The notes beneath the pieces are model-generated. The model made no database searches and was not told the origin of the DNA. It was given only the letters and a program-made list of their open reading frames with translations. Source: a virus. Taken from it: a stretch of DNA of 64,000 nucleotides. Location: the IMG/VR virus record IMGVR_UViG_3300009080_000001, positions 20,759 to 84,758 of that record, one strand, 5' to 3'. This document shows, piece after piece, positions 46,501-56,475 of this stretch. The translations under genes and the position numbers were made by a program. Position 1 is the first letter of the stretch, and every line of letters starts with the position of its first letter.

Positions 46501-47040
46501 ATCTTTTCTTCCAAATAAAAATCTATATGAGACTTTAGATTGTGGTGGTAAGAATCCACCAACTGTATCTACAGCTTCACCTTCCATATAAGCAGCTTTA
46601 GGTACACCTGCTTGGTCGATAATTACTGTAGATGTTGATGTTAAATCTGATGTGGCTTTTACTGATATACGTTTAATACCTTCTTCGGTAGTAAAGTACA
46701 TGTTACCTTTTGATTCTTGTGACTTAATTCTATATCCAGTACGTAATTCAGTATAAGAACCAGCTATATCTTGAAACAATCCATTATCGTCTTCAAATTG
46801 GATTTGATCTTCATAATGTCTGAATAGTCTTTCTTTATAATCAATTAGTTGTTTAACTGGTTTAGTAGCTGATGGATCAGTAGCATTACCATAGTCGTTA
46901 AACCCTCTACGTGGAGTTACAACACCGTCTTCGTCGATGTTTACGTTAGTAGCTTGTACTAGTGATCCTTCTTTTCTAGAAAGCTCAGATCCGTGCGTCA
47001 GGAGTCCTGCACACTTTATAAGATTAGCTCTTTGGCTCAT
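43498..47040 (-). CDS. tail tubular B / nozzle (stabilisation) protein
   Basis: N-terminal ATNVNIDEDGVVTPRRG, beta-propeller-like NRLYYSK..EPE, YNIFERTWSKW. Confidence 0.7.
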   Translation of the reverse strand: MSQRANLIKCAGLLTHGSELSRKEGSLVQATNVNIDEDGVVTPRRGFNDYGNATDPSATKPVKQLIDYKERLFRHYEDQIQFEDDNGLFQDIAGSYTELRTGYRIKSQESKGNMYFTTEEGIKRISVKATSDLTSTSTVIIDQAGVPKAAYMEGEAVDTVGGFLPPQSKVSYRFLFGRKDNNNNLLLGSPSAREVIANSNDKAVVYQSEDLTIDHVGTPLVDQDYIIISAAGSKFTFYFKTGAPAITPPYDSNTFGTNFVEVDISTVASNNDVAAILANQIALNMSTYNVTLLANTVTITSNEEGTHDATIISAAVGAISQSNIVSGSVVEGNDANCDLTLILPSDIDENYFVQVYRTGIITAIEGLDLDDIDPGDECNIVYEKAVTSTDIAAGELTFTDTTPESFRAAGAPLYTNEITGSGILQSNDPPPIALDIALFRNSMFYANTKSAHRAEFNILSVDNYVNDTTRIIVGNSTITRYYTAAAVEDADTPEGGDFELSTSVSVGQAIDQTSRSLVKIINQDSQSPVNAFYLTGADDLPGQLLLEARDLSDDTLYVGVEEPSFADIGGEFSPEIGVSTQVTRLRGNTNTTILTLAGIGLGITDGDSKFFSFLNDSSDPDAPPSFSGVYTVSNVTEGGGNTDLEIDYILHTDYDSSGANPFPVVFTALFNTDLQSDNLEIPNRLYYSKADEPEAVPIANYIDVGAKDEEIKRILALRDNLFVLKDDGIYIVSGTSAPNFSVRLLDNTRIIAPDSAAVLNNQIYCLTEQGITVVTDSGAGVISRGIENLVDEIANAKFDFVPNTFGIAYENDRAYVLFLPQDEDDTSATQAYRYNIFERTWSKWEYSATCGLVMERDAKIYLGDGDRNYVAQERKEFDRTDQCDREFVIQISADGVDGTEVKISNSDDVEVSDVITQTQDISINYINSRLLRRMDTFDTGITPPASSTMQESFGMGAGDDMVEKFQAINDYLFSLDPVNVTNKAVTISTVLEDVNTLVDELNAVPTITTLKDYTKPESVTYEAYITEIDAPNNLIYVHAARPFIQGDITVYKHFVQTIEWNPQHFGDPSAVKQIREVTILFDQNNFYDAIAKFGSDVDQALTEVPFQGKGIGYWGDMEFDNPNAYWGGEGNDIPFRTIVPRGKQKCRYLTLVFEHKNAREEFRVLGVTGVIRPISSRGWK

Positions 47041-48008
47041 TACCTACCTCTTCGTCTACGTTTAAATGCTCCAGCTCTAGATTCGTTTAAAACACCATGT
47101 CTAGGTTTAATTTTCTTAGGAGCAAGCTCAACTCTGTCGTCAACTAATTCCATAACAGATTTAGTCATTTTGTCCAATCTTCTCTGAGCATTACCGAGTC
47201 CTTCGCTATCCCCCAATGCCTCAAGAATATGAACTGCAGTAAGTTGAGCAAGCAAAGGGTGCATTTCCGTTGGTATATTTGGAACCGGAGATTCCTCCGC
47301 TTGACAAACATAATCACCTGCTTTTATGTCCCCAAGAACGTCCTCGATATCCGAAGTATTAAACTTGATGTAATTTAAACTTGTGTTTACTTCTAATTTT
47401 GGAATATCCCAACCTTTTATTCTATTTGGAGATCTTTGACCAACAATATCAAATAGTACTGTTGAAGCAAATTTACTTGGCATAGTAGTGAATGTTAATG
47501 TTGTCTCTGTTCCGTCATTTGAAATAGTTGTTATTTGACCAGCTTCCTCTGTTTTAGTAAGTACACTTGGTCTGATATAGAAATAGATACGTACTGTATC
47601 ATACGATCTAGTTGGTTTTAAGAATTTAATTTGGTTTGATTCTACATAGAATTTATCCATTCCATGAGAACTTGCTGAATTATCATATGTATAATCAGGT
47701 AACTCGCCAATAGATATTTGTGAAAGCTCATATTGAGTTCCACCATTAATCAGTACAACGTCTCTTATCTTGTTTCCTACAGATCTATATGGAATATCAT
47801 AAACCCCATTGTCATTTCTAGGTATGTCTATATGAGTAGTCAGATGCTCCTCATGTAGCGTCAATAGTTTGTCAAGAAGCTGTACATCTATCTCTTCATT
47901 AGAGATATCTAATATGTTCTGATCTGTATATACACTGGTGTCGTTAGGGATCATAGCACGATTACGCACTGATTCAACTAACTTATTTCCGGTTAGTACT
48001 CTGGACAT
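47040..48008 (-). CDS. head-tail adaptor / tail tubular A-like protein
   Basis: LVESVRNRA..., YDIP, VPNIPTEMHPLL pattern; precedes tubular B. Confidence 0.65.
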   Translation of the reverse strand: MSRVLTGNKLVESVRNRAMIPNDTSVYTDQNILDISNEEIDVQLLDKLLTLHEEHLTTHIDIPRNDNGVYDIPYRSVGNKIRDVVLINGGTQYELSQISIGELPDYTYDNSASSHGMDKFYVESNQIKFLKPTRSYDTVRIYFYIRPSVLTKTEEAGQITTISNDGTETTLTFTTMPSKFASTVLFDIVGQRSPNRIKGWDIPKLEVNTSLNYIKFNTSDIEDVLGDIKAGDYVCQAEESPVPNIPTEMHPLLAQLTAVHILEALGDSEGLGNAQRRLDKMTKSVMELVDDRVELAPKKIKPRHGVLNESRAGAFKRRRRGR

Positions 48009-48025
48009 GTGTCCTCCTGTTTAAA

Positions 48026-48289
48026 TTATGATTCACATTCACAAGGTGATGCACTGCATACATCGCACTCTTTACTTTCTTCTTTTGAACCTAATTTAGC
48101 TTTCATGATTTGTTCAGCTTTAGATAGACCTTCCATTAGACCTTCTTTAGAGTCAGACATTACTGTTACTTTCTCCATTTTCTTAGGCATTTTACCATCG
48201 AATAAGTCTTTCTTTCCGTCTTTTTTCATGCCAACCATATCTGATTTAAGCATCTTAAGCATTTCTTTCTTTAGTTCTTTCTTAGACAT
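48026..48289 (-). CDS. hypothetical protein
   Basis: SD AGGAG; K/M-rich. Confidence 0.6.
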   Translation of the reverse strand: MSKKELKKEMLKMLKSDMVGMKKDGKKDLFDGKMPKKMEKVTVMSDSKEGLMEGLSKAEQIMKAKLGSKEESKECDVCSASPCECES

Positions 48290-48302
48290 ATAGTTCTCCT
48301 AC

Positions 48303-48320
48303 TATATAGTTGTTAAATTT
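48303..48320 (-). promoter_or_regulatory. candidate late promoter AAATTTAACAACTATATA
   Basis: exact 18-bp match to 43030-43047. Confidence 0.55.
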
Positions 48321-48360
48321 TCTATCTATTGCACTATTTTTTTTGTATTTATTTTGTAAG

Positions 48361-48921
48361 TTATTGATTTTTCTTTAATTTTTCTAATGCAGCCATTCGA
48401 TCAGCAGCAGCAGGAGAGTTACCGTAGTCCTTCTTAGCCTGAATCTCTGCCATCATCGTATTCTCGTCCTCTGGGGACATTCCAGCACTGTCAGCACTAT
48501 CTAGGATAGGTACGGCAGCAGAAGCGTCCTCAGCCCCCATTAAGCCAGCCAGAGAGCCTACTATAGGTAACATCTTAAGTCCTTTAGAAAGAGGCTTTAT
48601 ACCTCGTCTCAGACTGTCTCCGACACTACTTTTCTTCATCATATCTTTCTTCATTTTATTATAATCAAGAGTATCTCCCACAGCTTCTTCCACTGGTAAT
48701 CCTCTAGATATCTTAGCTGCCTTTCTTTTAGCATCTAATTGAGCAGCCCAATGATCACCACTTTTAACTTCCATTTTATCCGCATCTCTTAAAGTGTGGT
48801 CAAATACGTTAGATTGTGAGCTATTTAATTTACCCATATCTTTAGCATAACTAGCTTTACGCTTAGAAGCTCTAGCCTCTCTAATCTTCTGTAATGCAGC
48901 TCTTTTCTCTTGATCGTTCAT
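48361..48921 (-). CDS. hypothetical virion-associated protein
   Basis: ORF in late arm. Confidence 0.55.
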   Translation of the reverse strand: MNDQEKRAALQKIREARASKRKASYAKDMGKLNSSQSNVFDHTLRDADKMEVKSGDHWAAQLDAKRKAAKISRGLPVEEAVGDTLDYNKMKKDMMKKSSVGDSLRRGIKPLSKGLKMLPIVGSLAGLMGAEDASAAVPILDSADSAGMSPEDENTMMAEIQAKKDYGNSPAAADRMAALEKLKKNQ

Positions 48922-49439
48922 TACTTTATCCTTTTTCCTACTTTCTTCATAATATCCTCTACTTCTTTAGGACTTATAGTATCTGGGTTATATTCTTCAG
49001 CCATTTCTGGAAACGCAATTGATATCACATCTCTATATACTAATTCAGAACAATTTTGATCTTTTCTAAATGGGTTTTGTATCTTCATCTTAAATACTTG
49101 TTTAGCAAAGTCAACTAGTACTATTCCCATGTTCTGCCAGAATCCGTATTTTCTACCACAATTATAGAATAACTCTTTTCTTATTTGGGAATATACATCA
49201 TCTTCAACTTCTATCTCATATACCATAACTATAGTATTATCTTCTTCGAATACATGTTTAGCCATAAATCCAATTCCAGATCCCATAGAAGAGTGATATA
49301 TTGAATCATCTCCCATATGCTTTGCAGTATTGTACATTACAAACGTATGAGAATAATCTGTTCCTAAATACTTTTGTAAGATTACGCTAAATATCTTATC
49401 ATGCTTATTCTTTGAAAATCCAACACATATCTTTTTCAT
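48921..49439 (-). CDS. permuted papain-like (YiiX/NlpC-P60) enzyme
   Basis: YSHTFV near N-terminus, GRKYG, QNCSELV. Confidence 0.7.
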   Translation of the reverse strand: MKKICVGFSKNKHDKIFSVILQKYLGTDYSHTFVMYNTAKHMGDDSIYHSSMGSGIGFMAKHVFEEDNTIVMVYEIEVEDDVYSQIRKELFYNCGRKYGFWQNMGIVLVDFAKQVFKMKIQNPFRKDQNCSELVYRDVISIAFPEMAEEYNPDTISPKEVEDIMKKVGKRIK

Positions 49440-49479
49440 TAAAATCTCCTTAATATTGATTTTAGGTTTTTTTTTAATG

Positions 49480-50340
49480 TTAATCTAATCCGCCGATATC
49501 TAGTTGGGCTAAAATGTACAATCGTATAGTTGTTCCGTTTGCGTCTATTATATTATCTATCCAGAAGTCTGTAGACTCTTTAACATTATCTACAATCTGT
49601 CTGTTTGAATCTTCAGTAAACATTGTAAAGTCTTCTTTATTCTCTGCTAAAAACTTTCTTCCAAGTTTAACAATCCTAGCTTGTCTTTCTGGTTCAGACT
49701 CTCCCGATTTTGTAGATATTGTTGCCATCATCATTCCTAATATAGGCATCTGAAGCCCTTTAACAATATTACCTCTTCTTCTAATACCTTCTTCAATAGG
49801 ATCTAAAGTTCCTTGGTGATATACTTTTCTAGTTACTTTAGTATTTGGATGATCTTCTCCGTTTTCTTTTATCCAAGTTCTAGTTGTAGTTCTATCTAAT
49901 GCAAATCCTAACGCATCTCTAGTATATACAATATCTACTCTTATTATTAAATCTGTTCTAGCTTCATCAGAGAAGTGTTCTACTTTATATAACTCTCCTT
50001 GATTAAAATGTCTTTTAGGGTATAGAGTGTCAGTTAATCCTGAAGAATAATTATGTCCTTTTGGAACCTCTGATAACCTGTATTTTTTATTAGCGTCTTG
50101 TATATATCTGTATACTTTTAAATGATGATCTTCCGACTTAAAAGGAATATATTGGCTATCAAAAACCACGTTACTTCCATCCCAACTATAAGCTAACTCA
50201 TCAAGTCCGTAATCCCCGTTGCTATCAAGTAGTTCAAATTGAACCTCGTCAGAAGTTAATTTAATAGACTTCATCCTAGTGTGAGTGTATGTTCTAATTA
50301 CCTTATTTTTAATTTTATTTAAAATACCGTATTTTTTCAT
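49480..50340 (-). CDS. hypothetical protein
   Basis: ORF coupled to the upstream fibre gene. Confidence 0.6.
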   Translation of the reverse strand: MKKYGILNKIKNKVIRTYTHTRMKSIKLTSDEVQFELLDSNGDYGLDELAYSWDGSNVVFDSQYIPFKSEDHHLKVYRYIQDANKKYRLSEVPKGHNYSSGLTDTLYPKRHFNQGELYKVEHFSDEARTDLIIRVDIVYTRDALGFALDRTTTRTWIKENGEDHPNTKVTRKVYHQGTLDPIEEGIRRRGNIVKGLQMPILGMMMATISTKSGESEPERQARIVKLGRKFLAENKEDFTMFTEDSNRQIVDNVKESTDFWIDNIIDANGTTIRLYILAQLDIGGLD

Positions 50341-53300
50341 TACTGATGTCCTCCGTTACACCATTTAGTGTACTGAATCTCTACTTGGATTAATGATATA
50401 TCTGATGTATTTCCGTCATTATCTCTTTGAATAGTTAACCATAATAGATCTCCAATATTTGATGAGTTTCTTGTGGTAAAGTCTGATATGTCTAGGTTAA
50501 ATTCTATAATAAACTGTAAATCTTGACCCGGATTTGCAACACTTCCTGTTACCGTTTTTTGACCAACAGCAGTTGTTGGAGCAAGATTGGTAGCATCATA
50601 TACTGAACTACCTTGGTTTGACGTTGAATATCTTATAGTGAAATCTATATCTGGCGAAACATCGGTTAGTTCTGAGTGTAAATGTAGTATTACTTTCATA
50701 GGACATGATGTATCTAAGTCTAATGGTAAAGGTCTAACTAATCCTACCCTATCTGTAGTAAAGGCGTCAAATTGATTCTCAATTCTACCTACTCCTAAAT
50801 TATCCCCTATCCATAAATCTTGATTATTGGGAGATGCGTTAGCGGCTTGAAATGTACCAGAGTCAAATGGTAATATATTAATAGGTCTACCTGTTCCAAA
50901 ATACTCAATATAACCATCTTTGTTTATCTCTGTTCTATTAGAATGTACTTTAAACTGTTCAAATACTGGAGCAGTTGTTAGCGTAGATACTATTCTAAAC
51001 CTCATCCAATATAAAGGTAATCCTAATGTTACTGGGTCACTAGTTTGCCAATCATCTTCTATAGTGTAGTCAAATCTTACGTGTTCAAACCCTGTTCTTT
51101 GGAAAATCTCTTTCTTATGAGGTAAATATGTTCCACTAGAATCTGTACTCATGTGGTTTAATTCTATCCAAGAAGATCCGTCCCAGTATTCAGCAGCTAT
51201 TTCTCCGCCTACTGAGGCAGTTAATGTATTTACCTTTAATCCAAAAAACGGAAACCTATTTCCTGTAACTTCTTCTGGTAATGCAGTAGCTAGATATATA
51301 GCGTCGTTAACTGCTGTACTATCGAATGTAAAGGTAGATCCGTCTGCACTAATTGTACTCGTGGTAATGTTCGTAAAAGTTCCATTGTAACTATACACAA
51401 GCATTCCATTGGTATAAGAGTCTCCTTCTCCTAAACAAGTTTCTCTTCCTTTTCCGGGAATACCTACCGATAGTTCTGATAGTATATTTACAGTTTTTTC
51501 ACCTTGTATTTCTGAATAAACAAATCCTTCTATAACAGATGTTTCAATTATCTGAGCTTTAGATAAATCAACTCTACCTCCGTTTACAAATATATCTGCT
51601 GTTCCAGTTTGTCTTAGAGGTATAGTGCCTTCTGCGTTGTCTATAGAGTATATATTTACTTTACCTGTATTAGACCTAACATCTATAGATGATAAACAAT
51701 ATTCGGTTTTCCCACTGAAAATAGTTAAATCCCCTCCGTCTTGTACTAAGGCTACCGTTGTAGTTCCATTACCTATAAAGTATCCAGAATCTAATGTTAT
51801 ATTTGCTCCTGATTTTGAAACTATACAGTCTCCTGTAATACCGTTGCTTATACATTCGTTTATTATTGTTGATAATATTCCAGAAGAGGACGTTGAACAT
51901 ATCCCGTTAGCTGAAGTAGATAGTATTACTGATATTATCCCAACTAATCCGCTGGCTGTTCCTTGGGCTTTAATTAGATAATTAGCTGAGTTAGATACTC
52001 CATATAATACTATGTCCCTTATCGTTGTATTCTGTGTGACATTGATTAAATCGGCATTTGGATTAGCAGCTATTACTGTAGTTCTACTGCTTGATCCAGA
52101 TAGTAAAACATACTCTGGTATTGTTATTGGATTTTCTATGAAACTTCCCGGTCCTACTTCTATATAAAATTGGTTTGTAATACTAGGAGTTTGAGTATTT
52201 ATATAAGTTAATGCTTGGTTTATTGTTAAATAAGGCTTGCCTAAAGATCCATCGCCAGTAGTATCGTTTCCATTTTTAGATACTTGAATTTTATTTTGTA
52301 CAGAAATGTTAGGAATTATATTACTAAAGTCAACGGTAAATGTTGAAACGTCATCTCTAGTGAAAGTAACAATCCCTGTTCCAGAATCTAGTACCCCAGA
52401 AACTATCCTTGCTAGGTTTGTGTCATCTATGTAGATTGAAAGATCTATATCAGTGTCTGATCCGCTTTCGTCCGTATACCTTATTATGTTTCCTATTTTT
52501 TGGATAGCGGTTACTGTCTGTGCCCCAACAACTGACACATTAAAATCACTTATAGTTGAAGACAACTGTGTTCCTGTATGATTAGCTCTACTTCTATTAT
52601 CAGTATCCCTGCTATTTAATTGTGCAGGAGTTTCGTAGCCGTTAGGGTTACTTGCGTCATACTTTAAATCTAAAGCAGTTTGAGTTGCTGTAGATATTGG
52701 TTTATTTGCATCAGAAGTATTATCAACATTGCTTAATCCTACTTGAGTCTTCGTAACATTATGTGGATTATCTTGAGGTAGTGAATCATGAGCTGTTTCG
52801 TCTAAGAAATTAGAGTCATCGTTAAGTTCACTTATTGAGATATTAGCTGCGTTTACAGTTAATTCAATTTGTTCATTAGCACCTTCATTTGCAACGCTTA
52901 TATCTAATTTATTGTTAGAAGATATAAATTTACTTTCTAAAAAAGAAGATGTACTTTGATCATTGGAACTTATCTTTAAACTGTCTATCTTTAATGAATT
53001 TAGAAAATCTTGTTCAGATCCAGTGTTACCTACATTTAACCAAGATTCGTATGCTGATGTTATTCCTTGTGGTCCTGCATCTCCTAAAATAGTAACATTA
53101 TGATTAGTGTCTGCTAGAGTATCTACTGTTGTACTATTGTCTCCTATACCAGTAGTTAGTATAAAGCCGTTTATAGTTTTACTATCAACAAACCAGTTAG
53201 TATCTGTATTAGTTCCTAAGTTTTCAAAACCTGCACTAACTATGTAATCAGAATCCGGAGTGGGTGTAGAAAATGTATATTGGTAAGTTCCTGTTCCTGT

Positions 53301-53717
53301 TTTTACTACAGATATTCCTCTACCTTTTGATATTGTTCCACTACTGGATACGTTAGCAAAAGCATATACTCCGAATCCACTTTGTCCCGGATCTCCTTGT
53401 GGTCCTTGTGGTCCTTCAACTAACGCTGCCCCTATATCTACTTTTATCCTATCATTATCTATTAGATTGTCTGTTATAGTAGTTAAATTACCTTGTAATA
53501 AAGATAGTCCGTTTGATCCAGAAAGATCAGAAACACCGTCGTTTATTATTATATCACCAGATATTAACAAAGGAGCTATTTCAAGTAAACTATCTGAAGT
53601 AGCAACTAAATCGTAATCAGTTTGATCTACTATTATCTGCGAATTAGCAGGTACAGTTAACCCTATCGATATTAGTTCTATGTTACTTCCTGTAGTGTTT
53701 TTTAATATCTTACTCAT
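50340..53717 (-). CDS. large tail fibre/spike-like protein
   Basis: collagen-like GPQGPQGDPG, NPHNVTKTQVGLSNVDNTSD fibre repeat, beta-helix cap VSKNGNDTTGDGS..KPYLTI. Confidence 0.7.
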   Translation of the reverse strand: MSKILKNTTGSNIELISIGLTVPANSQIIVDQTDYDLVATSDSLLEIAPLLISGDIIINDGVSDLSGSNGLSLLQGNLTTITDNLIDNDRIKVDIGAALVEGPQGPQGDPGQSGFGVYAFANVSSSGTISKGRGISVVKTGTGTYQYTFSTPTPDSDYIVSAGFENLGTNTDTNWFVDSKTINGFILTTGIGDNSTTVDTLADTNHNVTILGDAGPQGITSAYESWLNVGNTGSEQDFLNSLKIDSLKISSNDQSTSSFLESKFISSNNKLDISVANEGANEQIELTVNAANISISELNDDSNFLDETAHDSLPQDNPHNVTKTQVGLSNVDNTSDANKPISTATQTALDLKYDASNPNGYETPAQLNSRDTDNRSRANHTGTQLSSTISDFNVSVVGAQTVTAIQKIGNIIRYTDESGSDTDIDLSIYIDDTNLARIVSGVLDSGTGIVTFTRDDVSTFTVDFSNIIPNISVQNKIQVSKNGNDTTGDGSLGKPYLTINQALTYINTQTPSITNQFYIEVGPGSFIENPITIPEYVLLSGSSSRTTVIAANPNADLINVTQNTTIRDIVLYGVSNSANYLIKAQGTASGLVGIISVILSTSANGICSTSSSGILSTIINECISNGITGDCIVSKSGANITLDSGYFIGNGTTTVALVQDGGDLTIFSGKTEYCLSSIDVRSNTGKVNIYSIDNAEGTIPLRQTGTADIFVNGGRVDLSKAQIIETSVIEGFVYSEIQGEKTVNILSELSVGIPGKGRETCLGEGDSYTNGMLVYSYNGTFTNITTSTISADGSTFTFDSTAVNDAIYLATALPEEVTGNRFPFFGLKVNTLTASVGGEIAAEYWDGSSWIELNHMSTDSSGTYLPHKKEIFQRTGFEHVRFDYTIEDDWQTSDPVTLGLPLYWMRFRIVSTLTTAPVFEQFKVHSNRTEINKDGYIEYFGTGRPINILPFDSGTFQAANASPNNQDLWIGDNLGVGRIENQFDAFTTDRVGLVRPLPLDLDTSCPMKVILHLHSELTDVSPDIDFTIRYSTSNQGSSVYDATNLAPTTAVGQKTVTGSVANPGQDLQFIIEFNLDISDFTTRNSSNIGDLLWLTIQRDNDGNTSDISLIQVEIQYTKWCNGGHQ

Positions 53718-54244
53718 TAATTAGTTCCTTTTAGTTCTAAACCAGCTACTACATTTTTAGCAGATCCGCCAGTTATTCTTAGTGCTAATTGTTTTCCTGT
53801 TGTTACAGGTATACTTACTATAAACTCATCCCCTCTACTAGCAATTATATTAACCGTAGTTAGTAAAGTAAGATTTATTTGATCTCCATCGTGAGAATAT
53901 ACTCCGATAGAGAATGTATTTATATCTTCATTTGAAACGAATACTCTAGTTATCTCAGCATCGTTTATATATACGTACCTTCCTGCTCTGTTTGATGATA
54001 CTCCTTCATTTCTTAGCCAAGTATTTGATGATAAATTACCTGATCTACCGAAACTAAATCCCGGAGAAGCAGAAGAAGCTACTGTTTCTGATATCTCTTT
54101 TAAAGCTCCGTCAACATCAGTAGCAATTAAATCAGTAGGAGCTGGATCAAATACTACATTTTGAGCTTCTAACGCAAGTTCTTCATCGAACTCAAGTTCA
54201 ACTCCGTTTCTTTCTGTAATCTTTACTTTTACATCATCAGCCAT
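53717..54244 (-). CDS. structural/fibre-associated protein
   Basis: ATDVDGALKEI repeat motif shared with neighbours. Confidence 0.55.
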   Translation of the reverse strand: MADDVKVKITERNGVELEFDEELALEAQNVVFDPAPTDLIATDVDGALKEISETVASSASPGFSFGRSGNLSSNTWLRNEGVSSNRAGRYVYINDAEITRVFVSNEDINTFSIGVYSHDGDQINLTLLTTVNIIASRGDEFIVSIPVTTGKQLALRITGGSAKNVVAGLELKGTN

Positions 54245-54253
54245 TTATATTCC

Positions 54254-54292
54254 ATTATATACATAGGCAAGGGGCCTTGTCAACCCCTTACC
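54254..54292 (-). promoter_or_regulatory. GC hairpin overlapping a consensus sigma70 promoter
   Basis: on the - strand, GGTAAGGGG-TTGACAAGG-CCCCTTGCC; TTGACA-18nt-TATAAT. Confidence 0.45.
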
Positions 54293-54299
54293 GTTAATA

Positions 54300-55691
54300 T
54301 TAAGAGTTTTTCTTAATAAATTCTACAGTTGCTAACATATCATTAGCGTTTTTAGCTATACCAACTTGCCAAACATATTGTCCAGATCCAGATGGAATAG
54401 ATGTTGTAAGTGCAGATCCGTCCCAGTAAATTCTATCACCGAAAGTAGCACCTAAACCTGTGATTGCTCCAAAAGATACTTCATCGTATCTAGAATAACA
54501 AACTTCAAGTCCAATACCTTTTGACTCTAATGCAACACCAACTGCTCTGTTAGAAGTAGCTATACCCATTGGAGATACAGTGTCATCAGCAGTAAAGTAT
54601 AGTAAATCACCAACAGTAACTGCAGCACCAGTAGTAGCACAGTCTCTATCGATTAACTTAGTTGCGATTTCAGCTAAAGCATCTTCAACATTTGTAGCGT
54701 CATAGTTAGCACCAGCATCTTCAAGTCCAACAAGTGAAGCACCTTCACCGTTAGCAGTAGAAGCTAAGTCTCCCCATTTAAGGTCTAGCTTGTCAATAGC
54801 TGCGTAAACTGCATCGTTGTCAGCTACAACATTTTGCTCAGTAAAAGCTATAGTTGAAGAAGTATCTCCACCTAATTGAGCTTCTAATTCGTCTAATGCA
54901 ACTTCAACACTTGTACCTGTGTAGTATGCAGAAGCGTCGTTAATACCAACTCTTGCAGCACCTTCACCTAAAGTTGTAGAAGCTAAATCGCTTGCTTTAA
55001 CAGCTAAGTCATCAGCAGCATCAATTGTAAAGTCAGAAGCAAACTCAATTGCTAATTCATCTGTACCAGTTCCTGCGAAATGTAAACCAGAACCTGAATC
55101 TAAAATGTCTACAGAAATTACGTTAGAACCATCGATGTCGATCCCGTCTCCACCAGAAAACGTGTTAAATGGTAAGATTCCAAATTCAAGAGGGTCTGTA
55201 CCTACAACTAGTGGATTGTCACTAATCATTAAGTAAACTCTGTCAGCGTTAGCTGTACCTTCTTCAATAGGAACTACTGAACCAGCAACAACTTCTTCAT
55301 CTTCATCAAAGTCTAGTGATCTAGTCATTGCTGAACCAGTACCATTAAAGATGTAGATACCGTTGTCGATTGAACTTGTTCCACCATTTACAGTTGAACC
55401 GTCTTTAACTAAAACTCTGTCACCGCTTGCTAAAGTAACACCATCGATAGCTGCCGGAGCTGAAGCTAAATCGATAGCTGCAGTCGTTGCTACTCTTGCT
55501 GGTACTTTATAGCTTAAAGAGTTAAAGCTAATCATAGATGGGTCGATTTTACCTTCTGAGTCTAGTACGATTGGTTTACCTGCATCAGCTACTCCGGTAG
55601 AGTTGTTGATAAAGTCACCAGTTTCGTACATACCAGTTGATTCTTCATAATCACCGCTTGCGTCTACGAAAATTGCTTTTCTAATTGCCAT
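54300..55691 (-). CDS. head decoration/fibre protein
   Basis: ARVATT...IDGVTLASGDRVLVKD...NGIY motif; C-terminal capsid-cement-like domain. Confidence 0.65.
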   Translation of the reverse strand: MAIRKAIFVDASGDYEESTGMYETGDFINNSTGVADAGKPIVLDSEGKIDPSMISFNSLSYKVPARVATTAAIDLASAPAAIDGVTLASGDRVLVKDGSTVNGGTSSIDNGIYIFNGTGSAMTRSLDFDEDEEVVAGSVVPIEEGTANADRVYLMISDNPLVVGTDPLEFGILPFNTFSGGDGIDIDGSNVISVDILDSGSGLHFAGTGTDELAIEFASDFTIDAADDLAVKASDLASTTLGEGAARVGINDASAYYTGTSVEVALDELEAQLGGDTSSTIAFTEQNVVADNDAVYAAIDKLDLKWGDLASTANGEGASLVGLEDAGANYDATNVEDALAEIATKLIDRDCATTGAAVTVGDLLYFTADDTVSPMGIATSNRAVGVALESKGIGLEVCYSRYDEVSFGAITGLGATFGDRIYWDGSALTTSIPSGSGQYVWQVGIAKNANDMLATVEFIKKNS

Positions 55692-55693
55692 AT

Positions 55694-56008
55694 TTAATCC
55701 TCCAAGATTTCTCCGGTATCAGGATTGATACCAAAGCTATGTTTAATTTTATATTTGTCTTTAATCTTTTGTGTATGTTTAGATATTTCATCTTCAGCTT
55801 TTTGGAGCCTAGTCTTCATACCTTCTAAGTTATTATTCATTGCTTGTAGTACTCTTTGATTCTCAAGCTCTGCAATCTTAGCTTTTAATAATCTTACTTG
55901 TTTCTTTTCAATCATAATGTCTTGTTCTAATTTAAGACTCCTTAATTGTTCAGAATTAAGTTCCATTTCTAAATGTTCTGCTTTAGTTAGCTTTTTAACT
56001 TTGCTCAT
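55694..56008 (-). CDS. coiled-coil hypothetical protein
   Basis: heptads; INPDTGEI. Confidence 0.55.
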   Translation of the reverse strand: MSKVKKLTKAEHLEMELNSEQLRSLKLEQDIMIEKKQVRLLKAKIAELENQRVLQAMNNNLEGMKTRLQKAEDEISKHTQKIKDKYKIKHSFGINPDTGEILED

Positions 56009-56010
56009 TT

Positions 56011-56475
56011 TTAAGTCCTTTTAACTCTTATTAGTTGTGGATTAAAGTCCACTGTATCTACGTCTCTTACTGTTCCTAAACACTGTAAATATCCAGTTCC
56101 AACAGCTACATCAGTTATAGTCCCATCAGTATTTAAGAACACTCTAGAAGCCTTAGTTAGTCCTGAGAATCCTTGAACAGTTCCTACTAATAAAACTTTA
56201 CAAGTAGTAGTTGTAGGTTTCTCAAGAACTATTCCCATAGTAGGTCTAGTGTCTGTATTATCTATTGTTTTATCTACTCCGTTAACTATCGTTAAGCTTT
56301 CCATAACTAAGTCGCCAACCGCTAATGATACTAAACACTCTCTACTGACTACTACAGATTGTGCGCTAATATTATCTTTAACTTGAACTGAATCAAATTG
56401 ACCTGTAAATGGGTTAATAACGTATTTAACTTTAGCACTCATTATGCTGGAGTCTCCGTGTATGTTAATATACAA
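56011..56475 (-). CDS. capsid-cement-like structural protein
   Basis: INPFTGQFD; VGDLV...GIV...FSGLT...FL..DG; likely start about 56442. Confidence 0.55.
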   Translation of the reverse strand: MYINIHGDSSIMSAKVKYVINPFTGQFDSVQVKDNISAQSVVVSRECLVSLAVGDLVMESLTIVNGVDKTIDNTDTRPTMGIVLEKPTTTTCKVLLVGTVQGFSGLTKASRVFLNTDGTITDVAVGTGYLQCLGTVRDVDTVDFNPQLIRVKRT

